The notes below the pieces were generated by a model. It had not been told where the DNA came from and ran no database searches. It saw only the letters and a list, made by a program, of their open reading frames with translations. Both the position numbers and the translations under genes were made by a program. This document shows positions 36,701 to 49,800 of a DNA stretch of 64,000 nucleotides, piece by piece. The DNA lies in assembly GCA_043228905.1 (NCBI GenBank), contig JBHGNT010000021.1, positions 1,736,001 through 1,800,000 of the forward strand. Reading direction: 5' to 3'. This DNA is from Azolla caroliniana (taxonomy: Eukaryota; Plantae; Polypodiophyta). How positions within the stretch are numbered: the stretch's first letter is position 1; each line of letters begins with the position of its first letter.

Positions 36701-38948
36701 CTCTTAGAGAGAGACTATACTAGACTAGATGTTTTTTAGAACTTAGAGAAAGAGAGAAAGATTAAACTAGATTTTTTTTATTGTACAAGGAGGCCAATTT
36801 TGACTCCTTCCTAAGGAGGTTTACTACTTAATGTGAAAAACTCTCTATGTGAACATAATGCCCGCAAATATGCGCCCACCCTTCTTGGTGGAGATTTGAG
36901 TATGACTCTCAAATTACCATGCCCATCTCACAAGTCAGTATACTTCTCACAAATTAGATTTTATGATGACCATGCGAGAAGTAAGTGATATTCATCCTTC
37001 ACTAGCTTTTTATTGCATATATTCATACTTGGGAGATGATGCCATGCTACTACCTCAATAGCTAACTTGAGTGAGCAAGTTTGAAGAAGTGTAAGGGCTT
37101 CTCCAAGAGCCAAGCCTCATGGGTCTAGTAAGATGTGATTGGATAAGTTCTGGCATTTTTACCTTGTATTTGAGCGAGCGTAGAGGGTCAATATTGGCAA
37201 TGTAGTATTCCAATTTTTACATCTTAGCATCTTGCCACTTTATCTGTAATGCCTCTAGTAATCTATCCTTGGTGATCTCATACTTCGTAGCATCACCTGA
37301 GAGCTCCAATAGATTTTCTACTTCCCATAATTTGAACCATTTCATAATATGTCAAACACCCAGCCAGATGAGAGAATTTTTCTCTTCTTAGTTTTTTGTA
37401 CCTTCCATCCGATTATCCAAACACCTGTTTCTAGTAGCATGACAGAATATGATGTTGATGATTTAATTCCCAATTATCTCATTCCATGCTCTAAGTGAGA
37501 TAGTACCATCACGTACCTCCACTCCATAAAGCAACAGTTAAAAGTATCATTGAATAACATCAATCTCATTTCCCATCCTCTAGTATCACTTTGGCTGCAT
37601 GGATTGTCAAAGATATAACAACTATTCCATCCTGTTTGAAGTTCAGACTCACAACATACATTCCATCTATTTGTCAATGGGAAAAATAGGTTATACCAAT
37701 GCCAATTGGAGGTCAAATCAGCCTATGGGACAAAATTGAATTCTTGGTACTTCACCTTGGAGTGCCGAATTGTACAGAAAGGAAATCAATAGTGCTGGTG
37801 AATGAAGATTTTTCTAATATATAAATACGGCATCCTTACTAAATTCGTGAGAAACATGTGGGGTTGTTTCCTCTCTTGTGGAATTCTCTCTATTTCCTCC
37901 CTCCTCAACATGTAACCTACTAACCTAATCAATGTGCATAGGTAAGATTAAATGAGCCTCCCTATTTCAACCTCAGGATAGGGGCTTCTAAATCTTGTAA
38001 TCTTTACATTAAACATTATGTCAAATGCATTATAAACCTCTACAAAGCGACAATCAAATCCACCTCCCCTGTGCTCCGCCTTCTCTTTTTTTATCCTTAG
38101 TGTAATTGTGTAGTGTAGCATGAACAATGGCACTAACAATCGTTACAATGCACTCTCCTTATCTCTATTGGAGTGTCATTTTAAAAATGGTAGAACAGAA
38201 AGAAAATGGTAAAATCTTAAATGGAAAAACAAAGCTAGTTGCAGAATTTTCCTGCTTTGGATCTTCAATGAGTTTGGTTGTGTTTAAGTAGTTGAGCAAA
38301 AAGCATAATACGAAGTGCCATTAGTGGTGGTACCATCTTTGTTAGGAGCTTTATTGAGAGCTAGAGAGAGCCATTAAGGTAACAGAGCACACTTGCCTCT
38401 TTCCAAAGAGGAGATATAAATTTATTATCAGGATCCCTTGATGAAGAGAAAACTCACTTACCTTGCTAGTTAGAAAGATTTTTCAAGATATCCTATATTG
38501 TACGGTATATTGTCCAATGAAATATGCAGCCCATCAGAGTTTTTGACATGTTTGTTTCGTTTTTTTGTTTATTTAAGTGGATCTATGCACTGTGAGCTCA
38601 GAAATGATAACCACGAAACAAAGTAGTAAGGCTCCAAGTGGATAGACATTTATCAAAAATTAACAACTTTACCTTTGAAAATTTTTAAGTACATGTGTGT
38701 GTGTGTTATGTTTTTTGAGAATTATTGAGAATTTAGGCCAACTATCTTGTTTTTCCTTTTTGTAGTATTGCTTAATTGCGTATGGACCGAGGAGTACACT
38801 TGCGTTTTTCAAAAATATTTGCAAGTTCGTTTGGCGAGGGTTCCGCATAAGAAAAATGCCTGATGATTACGAAATCCCTGTGAGGCCAAAGCCACCACGT
38901 CCGAAAGCTCCAGTAAAGCAAAGATTGAGAAACATGAGTCTTGTATAG
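33542..38948 (+). CDS. Glycine-rich, probably plastid-targeted membrane protein of unknown function (~198 aa; resembles the Arabidopsis At5g20130-type family from memory)
   Basis: Exons 33542-33721, 34312-34545 and 38766-38948 all join in phase 0 through GT-AG introns. The protein has a Ser-rich transit-peptide-like start ending RVICAA, then DSKE|DAARKALQQAFEGKKSLTKKWEEEIRKREVAEGGGG...DWGEFGEVSMATTSLILF|YCLIAYGPRSTLAFFKN...MSLV*. The hydrophobic segment spans the exon 2/3 junction. Confidence 0.8.
35290..36720 (-). mobile_element. Degenerate LINE (RT domain through C-terminal Cys/His region) in intron 2 of the glycine-rich gene
   Basis: ORF 36387-36644 contains NIGVKQGCTLSTTLFGIYINEI...ILLYANDIVLL (RT motifs 4/5). 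ORF 35879-36169 contains WLFNSLVTPSLMYDAIVW. ORFs 35315-35702 contain RVAIGQFGVSSQQLEIANG and RRICRLCHIEIEDEYHFTCKC. Confidence 0.85.
36830..37690 (-). mobile_element. Second degenerate LINE 3' fragment in the same intron, same family as 4380-5390
   Basis: ORF 37474-37716 (WNVCCESELQTGWNSCYIFDNPCSQSDTRGWEMRLMLFN) parallels the translation of 5170-5390, and there is extended nucleotide similarity to 4400-5150. Confidence 0.72.
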
Positions 38949-39153
38949 GCACATATGTGGTGGAGAGAATTCAAATATTACATGCTTGTGTGGAAATGAA
39001 AGGACTATTTACTCCAGTAGCACCTCATATTTCTGTATTTATTTTTGTCAAGTTGGAAGGAAAGCTTCAAGAAAATATTTTTCATGAGTGATAGGAAATA
39101 TATTTCTAGAAAACATTTTTTTGTGCTTGAAGGTGACTTTTTAAATACTTGAT

Positions 39154-39338
39154 AGATTTGGACAACTAATGAAAAGAACTCTTTTGATAACGGTGGAGAT
39201 GGAGAGGTTTGAGTTATCGATGTCATTATTGATCATTAACCAGATTTGGAGAACTAATGAAAAGAACTCTCTTGATAACGATGTAGATGAAGAGGTTTGA
39301 GTTATCGATGTCATTATTGATCATTAATCAGATTTGGA
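39154..39338. repeat. Tandem duplication, ~88-bp unit x2, downstream of the glycine-rich gene
   Basis: AGATTTGGA.AACTAATGAAAAGAACTCT.TTGATAACG...GAGGTTTGAGTTATCGATGTCATTATTGATCATTAA.CAGATTTGGA occurs twice. Confidence 0.9.
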
Positions 39339-40704
39339 CTATGTAACTGAAACTTTATGCTAAACCTGCCTTCACATTTGTCGTAAATTAATTGCCTCTC
39401 AAACAAATACGTTAGCCGTTGGGGTTCCATTGAGCAGTTCACATCACACAACCAATTAAGGTGATTAAGCCACATATTTTGGTATAATTGAGGTGTTCTG
39501 AGCAATTGTTAAAGGACAAATTTGACGGGTTAGTGGTGATTGGGCTACATATTTTGGTATAATTTAGGTTGTGCAATTGTCAAGGATAAATGTGGCATAT
39601 CACAGAAGATATAGATGATAATAATAATGCAGTGCTACGTTTTTGTAATATTTCAGTTTGTTTTTACTGTTAGTAATATGACTTATGTGGAAATCCATGT
39701 GTGATCGGAGGTCAAATTGACCTATGAGACTATAGGTGAAACATTTTCATAATAGCAGATGCAGAATTAGCGCTTTTCATCTTTGACAGTTTTGCTAATG
39801 AATATTGCAATTAAGAATACACACTATTATTATGACAACAAGACTACTGCATAGGTCATGAAACCACATTGGTCCTTGATGATGTAATGAAACCTTAAGC
39901 AGATGTTGTCACAAGCAAAGCATTTTACAAACTGACAAACTACTTCAAGGACAAGGATGCAGCTGATGGATCTCCATGCTCATACTCAACGCATCAAAGA
40001 AAATGTGAGGTGAAGGAGCTGCAAATCATGGACAAGCATGGCCACTGAAATGTGCATATAGTTCCCTTGTTAGGAGAAAAATTGGAAAAAAACCTTGTTT
40101 ACAAGAATCTCTTTACAATCAAGAAACGCAATGCATCAAATCTTCCAAACTGAGGCTCATTTACACTATAAACTAGATCAATTGTATTCATTTAACAAAG
40201 ATTGTTCTAGTTCCAATTGCAATGTTTTTTTATTGCTGAGTGTCAGTGACCATGAATCAATTGTGTCATATGAACTGCTGCATGAAAGAATAGATATATG
40301 AAGAATGGAAATTAAGGCATAACTTCCACTCCTGTACCAATCACTACAGTAAGCTCATCTCTTTCTGTTGCACTCCAATAACCTTTCTAAAATGTTCTGT
40401 TCCATGATACATTAAGCACAACACCATGGGAATAGTATAAGGTCATAGACGAAACAGGCTTCACATGAATAATATGATAGAACCATTGTGGTTTGTAAAC
40501 ACGAAAACACGTACCAAGAACAACATTTTGCGAAGTATCATAAATATTTTCTCTTACAAATTAACTTTACATTTATCACCCCACAACTCATCCATATACT
40601 ATCCTGTTCCATTCGATTACAACAATAATAAATTTACAGGCATAAAGACTGGAGGAGGGAAGTAGTTGTTACAAGTATTATAGTTCGCATTATACTGTAC
40701 AGCT

Positions 40705-40880
40705 TACAAGCATGGTTAAGGATGATGATATGTCAAAAGCAAAGTTAAAAGGGCGATAATATTCCAGAAGAATGGTTATGGGTGATGATTTGCCAGAAGC
40801 ATGATTATGGGTAATGATATGTCAGAAGAATGGTTATGGGTGAGATGATATGACAGAAGCATGGTAATGGGATATGTCAA
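40705..40880 (-). repeat. ~29-30-bp minisatellite (about 6 degenerate copies) starting at the TRA1 stop codon
   Basis: The unit on the minus strand is approximately TGACATATCATCACCCATAACCATGCTTC. The first TGA is the TRA1 stop. Confidence 0.8.
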
Positions 40881-43800
40881 AACCAAGGGTGCCAAGTGGG
40901 GTCCATCATACATAAGTTCTTTGGTCGCAGAGCTGCTTCCACTAATTCAGTGACGCCCTGCTGGACCGATTGCAACGCGTCTGGTGTGTTCTCATCCTGA
41001 AAAGCATATAATCATCAAACTCAATTTCTTTTGTTATATACATCATAACACGCTTAGCTTTTTGCATATTTACATGAGTGTGCCCCATATTTTTAAAAAG
41101 CACCAGAATACTCCTGTAGCAGGAAATATGTACAAATTTGAAAATTCTGATAATTTTTTAAACTTTGGGGTATTCTTGTAAGTATCTAGCATGTAGTAGG
41201 TCATATTTTGGAGTTTTTCACTACATAAAATCACGAAACAATGCAACATTGTTTTGTCTTCTATCAAAATCACAAAAGAAGGGTCTAAACTAACAAAAGT
41301 AATCTGTTTTACCTCTTCCGGAAATGTCTGAGGAGCAATGTTCTTGATTCGTGTTAGGACCTGATCGACATTTGATGTCACTCTTTGTTTCAATTCTGCA
41401 GAACCTATACCTCCAGCAGCAGGTGCTGCAGGCATTCCAGGAGGCCGCCTCCATGACCATGACACTAGCTCATCACGGAAAAACATGGCAAGCTGATAGC
41501 GCATATGCTGACTCTGCGAAACACATTCATGCTCAAATCACACATCAGATGTAATTGTTTACGAACTAATTATAAATGCTTTGTTTTGATCTATCATTTT
41601 CTAACGACAAAATAGATAGTTGATAATTATCTTATTTTAATTTCTTTGTTAAGAAGAAAGATGAGTTTACCTTTGGAGCAACAATAGACTGTGCAGCTGC
41701 ACACATTGAAGAAACAAAGAGACCTTCAACAAAAAAAGGAGTGAAAAATGTTTGCAGGTTGCGTGTAAGTCTGAATGGCACTGGTTCTGAAAACTCAACT
41801 ACTCCATTCCCATCATAACCTGTATTAGTATTTTGCAAAAAATAAGTAATCTGTTGTTGCAATAGCCATAAAACAATGATTTTTATATATTTACCAGGAT
41901 GAAAGTCATTCTGAAACACTTTTCCAGTATTCTTTGCAAATAGAATCTTATTTGGAGACCTCCCACCAATCTGCAGCATGTATGACATAAAGCCTGATAA
42001 TGCTAACTGCACTGCAAACTGCTTCTTGAATGTCCAAAGATGATTACAGCTTGGAAGTGTTTTATACATGTATTGGGAAAATACATTTTCTGTCACATAA
42101 TTTTGAGTGATTTCATTGTATGTATGGAGCCGAAGGTCCACAATATCCTCATTGGAAAGCTGTCCCGTGATTGCTTGATTGAGTCTATCTTTAAAGTGTG
42201 TGATTGGCAAATCAGCTTCTCGTCCATATCGAGCACAGTTAATCTCATACACTTCACCAAAAGTGCTATACATAGGGTCATCCTCAACCAAACGCACCTA
42301 TCAAAAATAGTATTGGATCATAAGAAGGAATATTGGAACATTTTTTTATATACCACAGGGGAATAGTGGAAACAAAGTGAAAAGTTAGACAACATTACCT
42401 GAGGCCAAACAGGGATAATGATTGGCGTATTAAAAGCTAAATGTCTTCGTCTAGACTCCTTATTTTTATCAAAGAGACGGTTCAAGACACGGAAAAGCTG
42501 CACCATTCGTTCATCACTGCGAGCACTAGGAGTCAAGGATGTTTGAACTAGAAAATGTGACAGTGATCCATCACTCCCAATCATTGTAATCCGACGATGA
42601 CTACTCCCATGTCGCCTGACAATGGGTACATCAGCACCAACCCTATCAAGCTTAACTGTATGATCAGGAGCAACTTCCTGCAAAATTAATGGCAGATGGG
42701 TTACTAAATCTATAACCATACCTACTCGATTAATTTAACAAAATTTGTGACTAGTTATTAAATTAAATAACTCATCACTAAAGATAATACCTGATCATTG
42801 AAGTACTGTCCTGGTACTTCAATATCAAGTACATGAAACTCACGAAGCTGCACACTCTCCTCCTCAAGCTTCAATACAGCTGGAAGTCGATCTTCCACAT
42901 TCCCTTGCAGTACGCCTTTCCAATGTTTAAGCCGTTCGGTAAGATCAGTTAAAGTTGCTGGAAAGGTTGCAGCACTTTCAGGATCAAGGTCCCTTTCAAA
43001 GTCTTTCTTGTACTCCTGGACAAAATCTTGATGCTTTGTGACGGTATCAGTTGAGAAGCAAGCTCGACAAACACCTGCAAGCTCCTTCTTTAATGATTGA
43101 GGCACCTCAGCAGTTGTAGCGGTTGGGTACTTATAACAGCGATGTAATAAGGCATGCACAACTGCCAAAAGACGTTCTTCTGGAAGAGGAACAAACCTCG
43201 CTCCTATTTCTGTCAGCATTACCTACAAAAGTAATAGGCAAGGTAAAAGTTATATCAATGCACTTTAACATCATTGCCTATACACATTGGTTGTGTCTTC
43301 AACTACTAGTTTTATATAGGAAATCTTCTTATTATCACCAGCAAAAAACATCCACATGGAAGCCCTTCCTGGCCAGATTTGTCTTAAAGAGAAACAGCCT
43401 AGATGCATCATAACTTGGTATTTTGTTAGTTTCTCTAACCATAGGCCTTTAGCCCAAACTTTTACGAAAACATGAATTAAGTAAAGATCTACCTCCAGCT
43501 CACTAGCTAGATTTGGATGCTTTGCCCTCAGCGCTTCCATGATGTCTTTGGCAGCTTCAAAGGCAGAAACAGCTGAACCAGGCCAACCTGACACCATATT
43601 TCTACGAGCAATTCCCTGATCCCCTGTACCAGGTATATTATCAGAGCCAGAAGTGTCACCAGCAGGAGCTCTTTCCTCCTGTGTTGAATTTGCAACACCT
43701 TCATGTGTTACAGTGTTGGAACCAGTCTGACCGCTTGCATTATCTTGAGAATTATTACTGGCTGATATAGAGCTGCCCTCCCCAGTAGTCATATTTGCAT

Positions 43801-46800
43801 TGTTGCTAGCGGAAGTAGCAGGCTGAGCCCTACCAGCAGCATTCACCCCCCTAGCAGCAACATCCCGACGTTCTAGCAGGTATGTCCTTAACCAGCAGTA
43901 CAAAGCCTGTAACCAAACAAGATCAAGTATTGGTGAGAGATTATGCATCCCTGTCCCATTGAGATGAGAAAAGGAAACCATTGAGATGAGAATGTCAAAC
44001 AACCTGAGGATAGACTCCAGCGAGCTTTATGAGCACTGCCTTACAATGAGATGCCTCAGGCCTTTGTAGAGAAAGGAGTAGTTGTGGAATCCATGATAAC
44101 CAAACCCAATGAGGTACTTGTTCCCCATACCTCTCAAAAGCTTTTCCTACTGTCTTATTTTGTGTATCGAAACTCAGTAAATACAACACCCTTGCAAGAT
44201 GGCTTCTGGCATTTGATATACCATACTTGATTCCTTGTAAAAGACAACTGACAGCATACTCTAGCCATAACTCTTCACCTGTTTCCTGATAAACCTGTGA
44301 AATGGCAAGACAAATGCATGATATACCTGATAAGCCTGGTAAACCTAAGATTTAAAGAATAACTCCACACAACAAATTCTTAGTCTCCTGACCCAATTGA
44401 AGTTTCCAAGCCTCGAGTATCACCTTCCTACCTTGTTCAATAAATGCAATATTAACTAAATCAACATCAAACAATGTTGGCATCGACGTTATTACTCCCT
44501 CAATATTCAATAAATTTAATTTTGTCATGAACTAATTGTTAGACTTCATTCCCTCAATTTTCTGAACCTGCCACTATTTCATTACAACATTTAATACATG
44601 TTTTTTTTCTCCGCTACTCAACTAATTTATGTCACTATGCTCCTGGGCATATTTTATCCCCTTTCATAAATTAATTTGTTCAAAAGCGCACTCTCATTTT
44701 TGTATTTAAAGGTTTTAATCCTCAGTAAGGAATACAGTTCTTTAGTTTATTTTTCTGTTGTTACTAGCCTCTTTGGCATCTTACTTTTGTTCATGTAACC
44801 TCCAATCATATGTTTTCTTCCATTCAAGTCAGTTTTCTTTGAGCAGCCAACAATCTCTCTTTTGTTTCCATTTTTATCCCTCCCAACTTATGTAGCACTC
44901 TCCAAACGGTCAATCATAGCTTGATATATCTAGTTATTCTATATGTAGACTTAATAATTAAAGGTTCATTTGAAGCCAAAATAGAGCATCTTCACAATGA
45001 TTTTAAATGACTGATTTAGGGCTTCTACAATATCTCTTTGGTATGGAAGTCTATCAAACACATGGAGGCACATTTTTCAATCAGAATACTTCTTGAAACG
45101 TATAGAATGACTGATTACAAATCCCTGTCTTGGCCCATGAAGAACAGTCTCCCATTTTTGAAGATACTACAAAGTACAAGATAGTTGACTGGGTTCCTCG
45201 TTCATCTTGCCTACAAATTCCCCCATCTGTCCTACAGTGTTAGCGTTCTCCAGAAGTTTTCAAATGCTCCATAAAAAGTTCATTGTCAAGCAGCCATTCA
45301 TGTTCTTCAGTACCTAGCAGGCACAACCGGCTATGGCTTCTCATTCAAAACACACATTGTGTGAGTTGGTTATTCACATGCTGATTGGGCAGGAGATGCT
45401 GACACACGATGGCCTGCATCTGGCTATTGCCTTCTACTTGGCTCAGGTTTAAGCCTTGGAAATCCAACACAAACCAAATTCAGTTTCATCTTCTTCTACA
45501 AAAACTGAATATCGTGCCTATTTGGAAACATGTGAAATCTTATGGTTAATACAAATCCTTGACCATCTTAGAATTCCACAAAACACTCCTATTTGAGTTT
45601 TCCACAACAGCCAAAGTTCTTGTGCATTAGCACACAATTCTCTCCACGGTAGGAATAAATACATTGAAGTTCACTACCATTTTGTTTATGAGCTTATCGC
45701 TCTCAGATGATCAGACTGGACTATTGTTCCATTTGAGAAAGTGCGGCTGACCTCTTTCACAAGCCACTTCAAGGGACATTATTGATCAGCTCCTTATCTC
45801 ATCTCAATGTAGAGCACCGTTCTAGAACTGAGAGCTGTTGGACTGTGACTACCCCAGAACAAATCTCTCCCTTCGGCACCCTCTCTATATTGCAGGTGCT
45901 TCCCTCGCTTTGGAGCTGGATCAAACTATGCTAAAGATCTTTCAAAGACAAAAATTACAATTTACCTGATTTGAGAATCTTACATGTATAGATGACAAAA
46001 TTCTTTAGACACATCTTAGTCTAGTTCTGTTTACTTTTTTGCTTAGTTACAAGTATTTTGGTTTGTTCTCAAAGATAAAACAACATTTCAAGACATGATC
46101 TCTTGTTTGGTCTTATAGGCCATTTTGAACTCTTAAAAGACATTAATATATCTTTCTTTCATTTGACCTTCTGAACCTGCCACAATTTCATTGCGGCATT
46201 TACTACATTCTTTTTCTTTTATCCACTACTTTACCTCGTGATGTTCCTAGGCATATTTTATCCCCTTTAATAAATGCATTTGTTGCAAAAAGTACAGTTC
46301 TTGTTTCATTTGTTTTTCTGCTGCTACTAGCCTCTTTAGCACCTTACTACTGTTCACAACAGTTTTCTCACACCAATGTCAAATGCCATATGTTTCCGGT
46401 CTACTTCAGACTAATTAACCCTAATAAGTTACAATTGTTTAATCAAGGGCTTAGAAAGTAAAGAATCTAGGTGCCTGGATCATGCCGAAAATTTACAACC
46501 AACATTATTCTCATTCTTCAAACTTTCTTCAGGACAAAATATATTAATAGAAACATACACCAACCAACCTCCTTGCTCATCGCTGTATGTTTCTTTAAGA
46601 CCAAATTGTCAACTTTTTAAGTGATGACCCATGTAAACAAATTCTTCTGGGATTAGATACCTGATCACAATAGTTTCCCCAACTGATCCATCCCTTTGGT
46701 AAATGCTTAAAGAGAGAAATTGCATTTGAAAATGCTTGATTTGCATCCTCACTATCGCCCATTTTCTGCATAAACTCCCCTCTAAGACGATATATTTCTG

Positions 46801-49800
46801 CTTTGTCCTGACTTAAAAAGTAATCAAGGTTCGTTGCATTTAGAAGATTCAACCCGGATATCAGCTCCCCTTTCATTTCTAAATGAGCCTTAGCTTGTTC
46901 CCTAATCTTCACAAACGCTTCCTGTTTCACAGTATTGATATAAGGACATTGGAGACTTTAAAGCTGCAAAGACATACCAATGAGAAAACTTAATAACACT
47001 GATGCATCAATGATTATTACCTGGACTTCCATTGTCAAATAGCCATACATTTTGTTGAGCACAGTCACACAGACATCATGCAAACCCTGTTTGCGTGCAA
47101 CATATGCTAACTTATTAACACTCCAAGCCTTGTCCCTGTACCCTAGTTGGTGAAGCTGCGGATTTGTTGTTGAGAGGTCTTTAAAGGCATTTATTACAGC
47201 ATTATACATGTGATTGCGCCACTGCAGTAGATCATACCAAACTGTTAAATCATCCCATTCATTAGGTGTCCTTGATCTCCAAATCTCCAAGATTTCCTTT
47301 AGCTCTATATAATTACCAGCTCCAGACTGAACTCCAGGGAGCTGTGGTGTAGAAAGGGGCTTATTTCCATTTGTGATCTCAAGAAGAACTCGTCCAGACT
47401 CTTGTAGCTCAACTAATTGCTGAAATTGTTGCAGAAGGGGAAAATGTGATTGAACAACCATCTCAGGGAACTGCCACCATTGATGTAAGGCTAAATCAAT
47501 GCCTTGCACCACCCTTTTATCAGCATCATTTAGGACGCCCAAATGCAAGGCGACATACGCTTCCAATATCCTCAATTTTGGAGACTCTTCTACCTGTGCT
47601 TTAACAAGGACGGTATCCTTTAGTGTTGTCCAATCAGGAATTTTCCAAAGGCAATCCAGTAAAATGTCATAGTTCTCTACACTTTTTCCAAACTCTGCAA
47701 GGATATCCCACTGACTGAGTTGTTTTGCACAGCCAATCCATTGTTCTTCCCACAAACACATCTCTGCCTTTGACACATTATTGTAGCCACCCTGTGTCGC
47801 TTTGCTCATTGCTTGATAGAAAACATCCTGCGCACGCTGCCAAAAACCATGTTGTACAAGAGAGAGACCTGCCCGTGTTTCCAGGGTAATAGGCCGCCTC
47901 TTCCAGAGCCCAAATCGTGCATCTTCCTCATTGATAGCACGATAAAGCTCCGCCAAAGCATCAAAACAGCGAGTTTCCTGAGGAAACAGTATGACATGAC
48001 TTTCTAACAATGAAATCGCAATATGCCATGCGTTGTATGTTTTTCCCAGAAACTTTATCAGCTCACTAGGTATTTTCGGTTGTGGTTGACTGAGAGACAA
48101 ACCCTCTAACAATGCCTGGACAACATTCGGCCTTTTACCCTGCTGTTTGGCATGATATTCTTTCGAGAAAAGTGTTATCATGGGCTTTGCTAGTGTAACT
48201 TGTTCTTCTTTTTGCAATGTTGCCCAAGCTATGGGAAAAACGAGCACCCACATGTGATATGCAACATTGGCATCTGTGTGCGCTAGTTCTCTCAGCGGAA
48301 TCACAAGATCAGCAACCTGAACAACAAACAGAAAACAGTAGAAATGATTATTCAACAGAACCAGAAAAGAAGAATATTTATGTAAGGAAATAAAAGCAAC
48401 TAACCTGCAGCTTGCTCATTTCATTTAAGAAACGGACATGTTTATTGGCTACAGTAACAAAGGTTGGGGGCGACGAATCACTTTCCTCTGGTGTCTCAGC
48501 AATTACCTGTGGTACTCCAGATCGTTCTGGAACACCTCCGGATGCCATAAGTGGTGGAACTTGTGCTGAATTTGGCGCGAGAGTTATAGGTTCTTGCTCT
48601 ACTAGAATCGCAAGGAGGAGATCCAGTCCTTGTTTCAGCCAAAAAATATCACTGAGAGCCTCCCATTCTTGTTGTAGAATGATATATTGTAGTCTCTGAA
48701 AAAGTGTTTTCCCAATGGATTCATGATAAAGGGTAAAGAACTTCTGCCGTATATCAGGATCTCTGGCCCTCAAACCCAGCATAAATTGGCATTCCACATT
48801 TTGAAATACGTCTTTTCTAGTTGTCAAGTTATACCTAACACACAGAATTAATATAATTGTCAGTAACAGAATTTGGCAAGCTTCGGTGCATAAGATGCTA
48901 ACAGTATTATTCCATTACTTTTTTGGAGGTATAAAATGATGAAAGACATGATCAATGGTGCTTTTCACATTTTTTGAATATGCAAAAGAAGATGTATTGA
49001 TGAAAACATTGCACATTGGCTTTTTATAAAGAATATGCAGCACTGATACAGATTTCTGGAAAGTTCCACTACAGCTATCACATACAAAGAATAGCAGAAA
49101 CTACTAACCTGGTTATGTCAGAACACAAGCGATAAAGAAGTTTCAGGTATTTTCCCTCCCATTCTTCCAGCACAGAAGCACTCATATTTTGTTTGTCAAC
49201 TTGGGATAACTTCTGAAGAAATGTGATAACATCCTTCACATTAAGTGCTGATGGACCAGTTCCAGTGCCAGAGACCTTAAAGTCATTCTCTATCCAATCT
49301 TTGATAATATCAATGATTGTGAGAAGCACACTGGCATCTGTGCCTTTTTCAACAAGCATAGCATGCAATGATTGCCAAAAAAGTCGCTTGCAGTCAGGTA
49401 CTAGTAAAACACGGCTACTGACAAGTTTGAGCAATGCTTTTAAATTTGTTGTTACAGATCCCATCTCCGTCATTAGCCGAGCAGCATTAGCAGCTGCATC
49501 TTGCTCGGATCTATGATCCTACGGCACAAAGAATAGGATATTACTTTATACAAAAACCTTGAGTGGAAAACTAATGCCATAAAATGTTATTTTGGAATGT
49601 ACTTACTTGTCTAGATAGTGCATTTGATACAGAAAGCATCTCTTTCATTAGACGTTGAATTACACGAACAAGAGCAGGTAAGAACCAGTCTATATACCTT
49701 TTCTGACCTTCTGTAAGGGTCTTCACTATAGACCATGTAAACCCAATCATTGCATTTGCAGTGCTTGTATCTAGGCTTGGTTGTATGTTTGTTACAGTTG

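Noticed and set aside
41895-41990. Missing catalytic DRH/DFG residues in the PIKK domain as a sign of pseudogenisation
   Set aside because: TRA1/TRRAP is a known pseudokinase, and the exons I traced are in frame.
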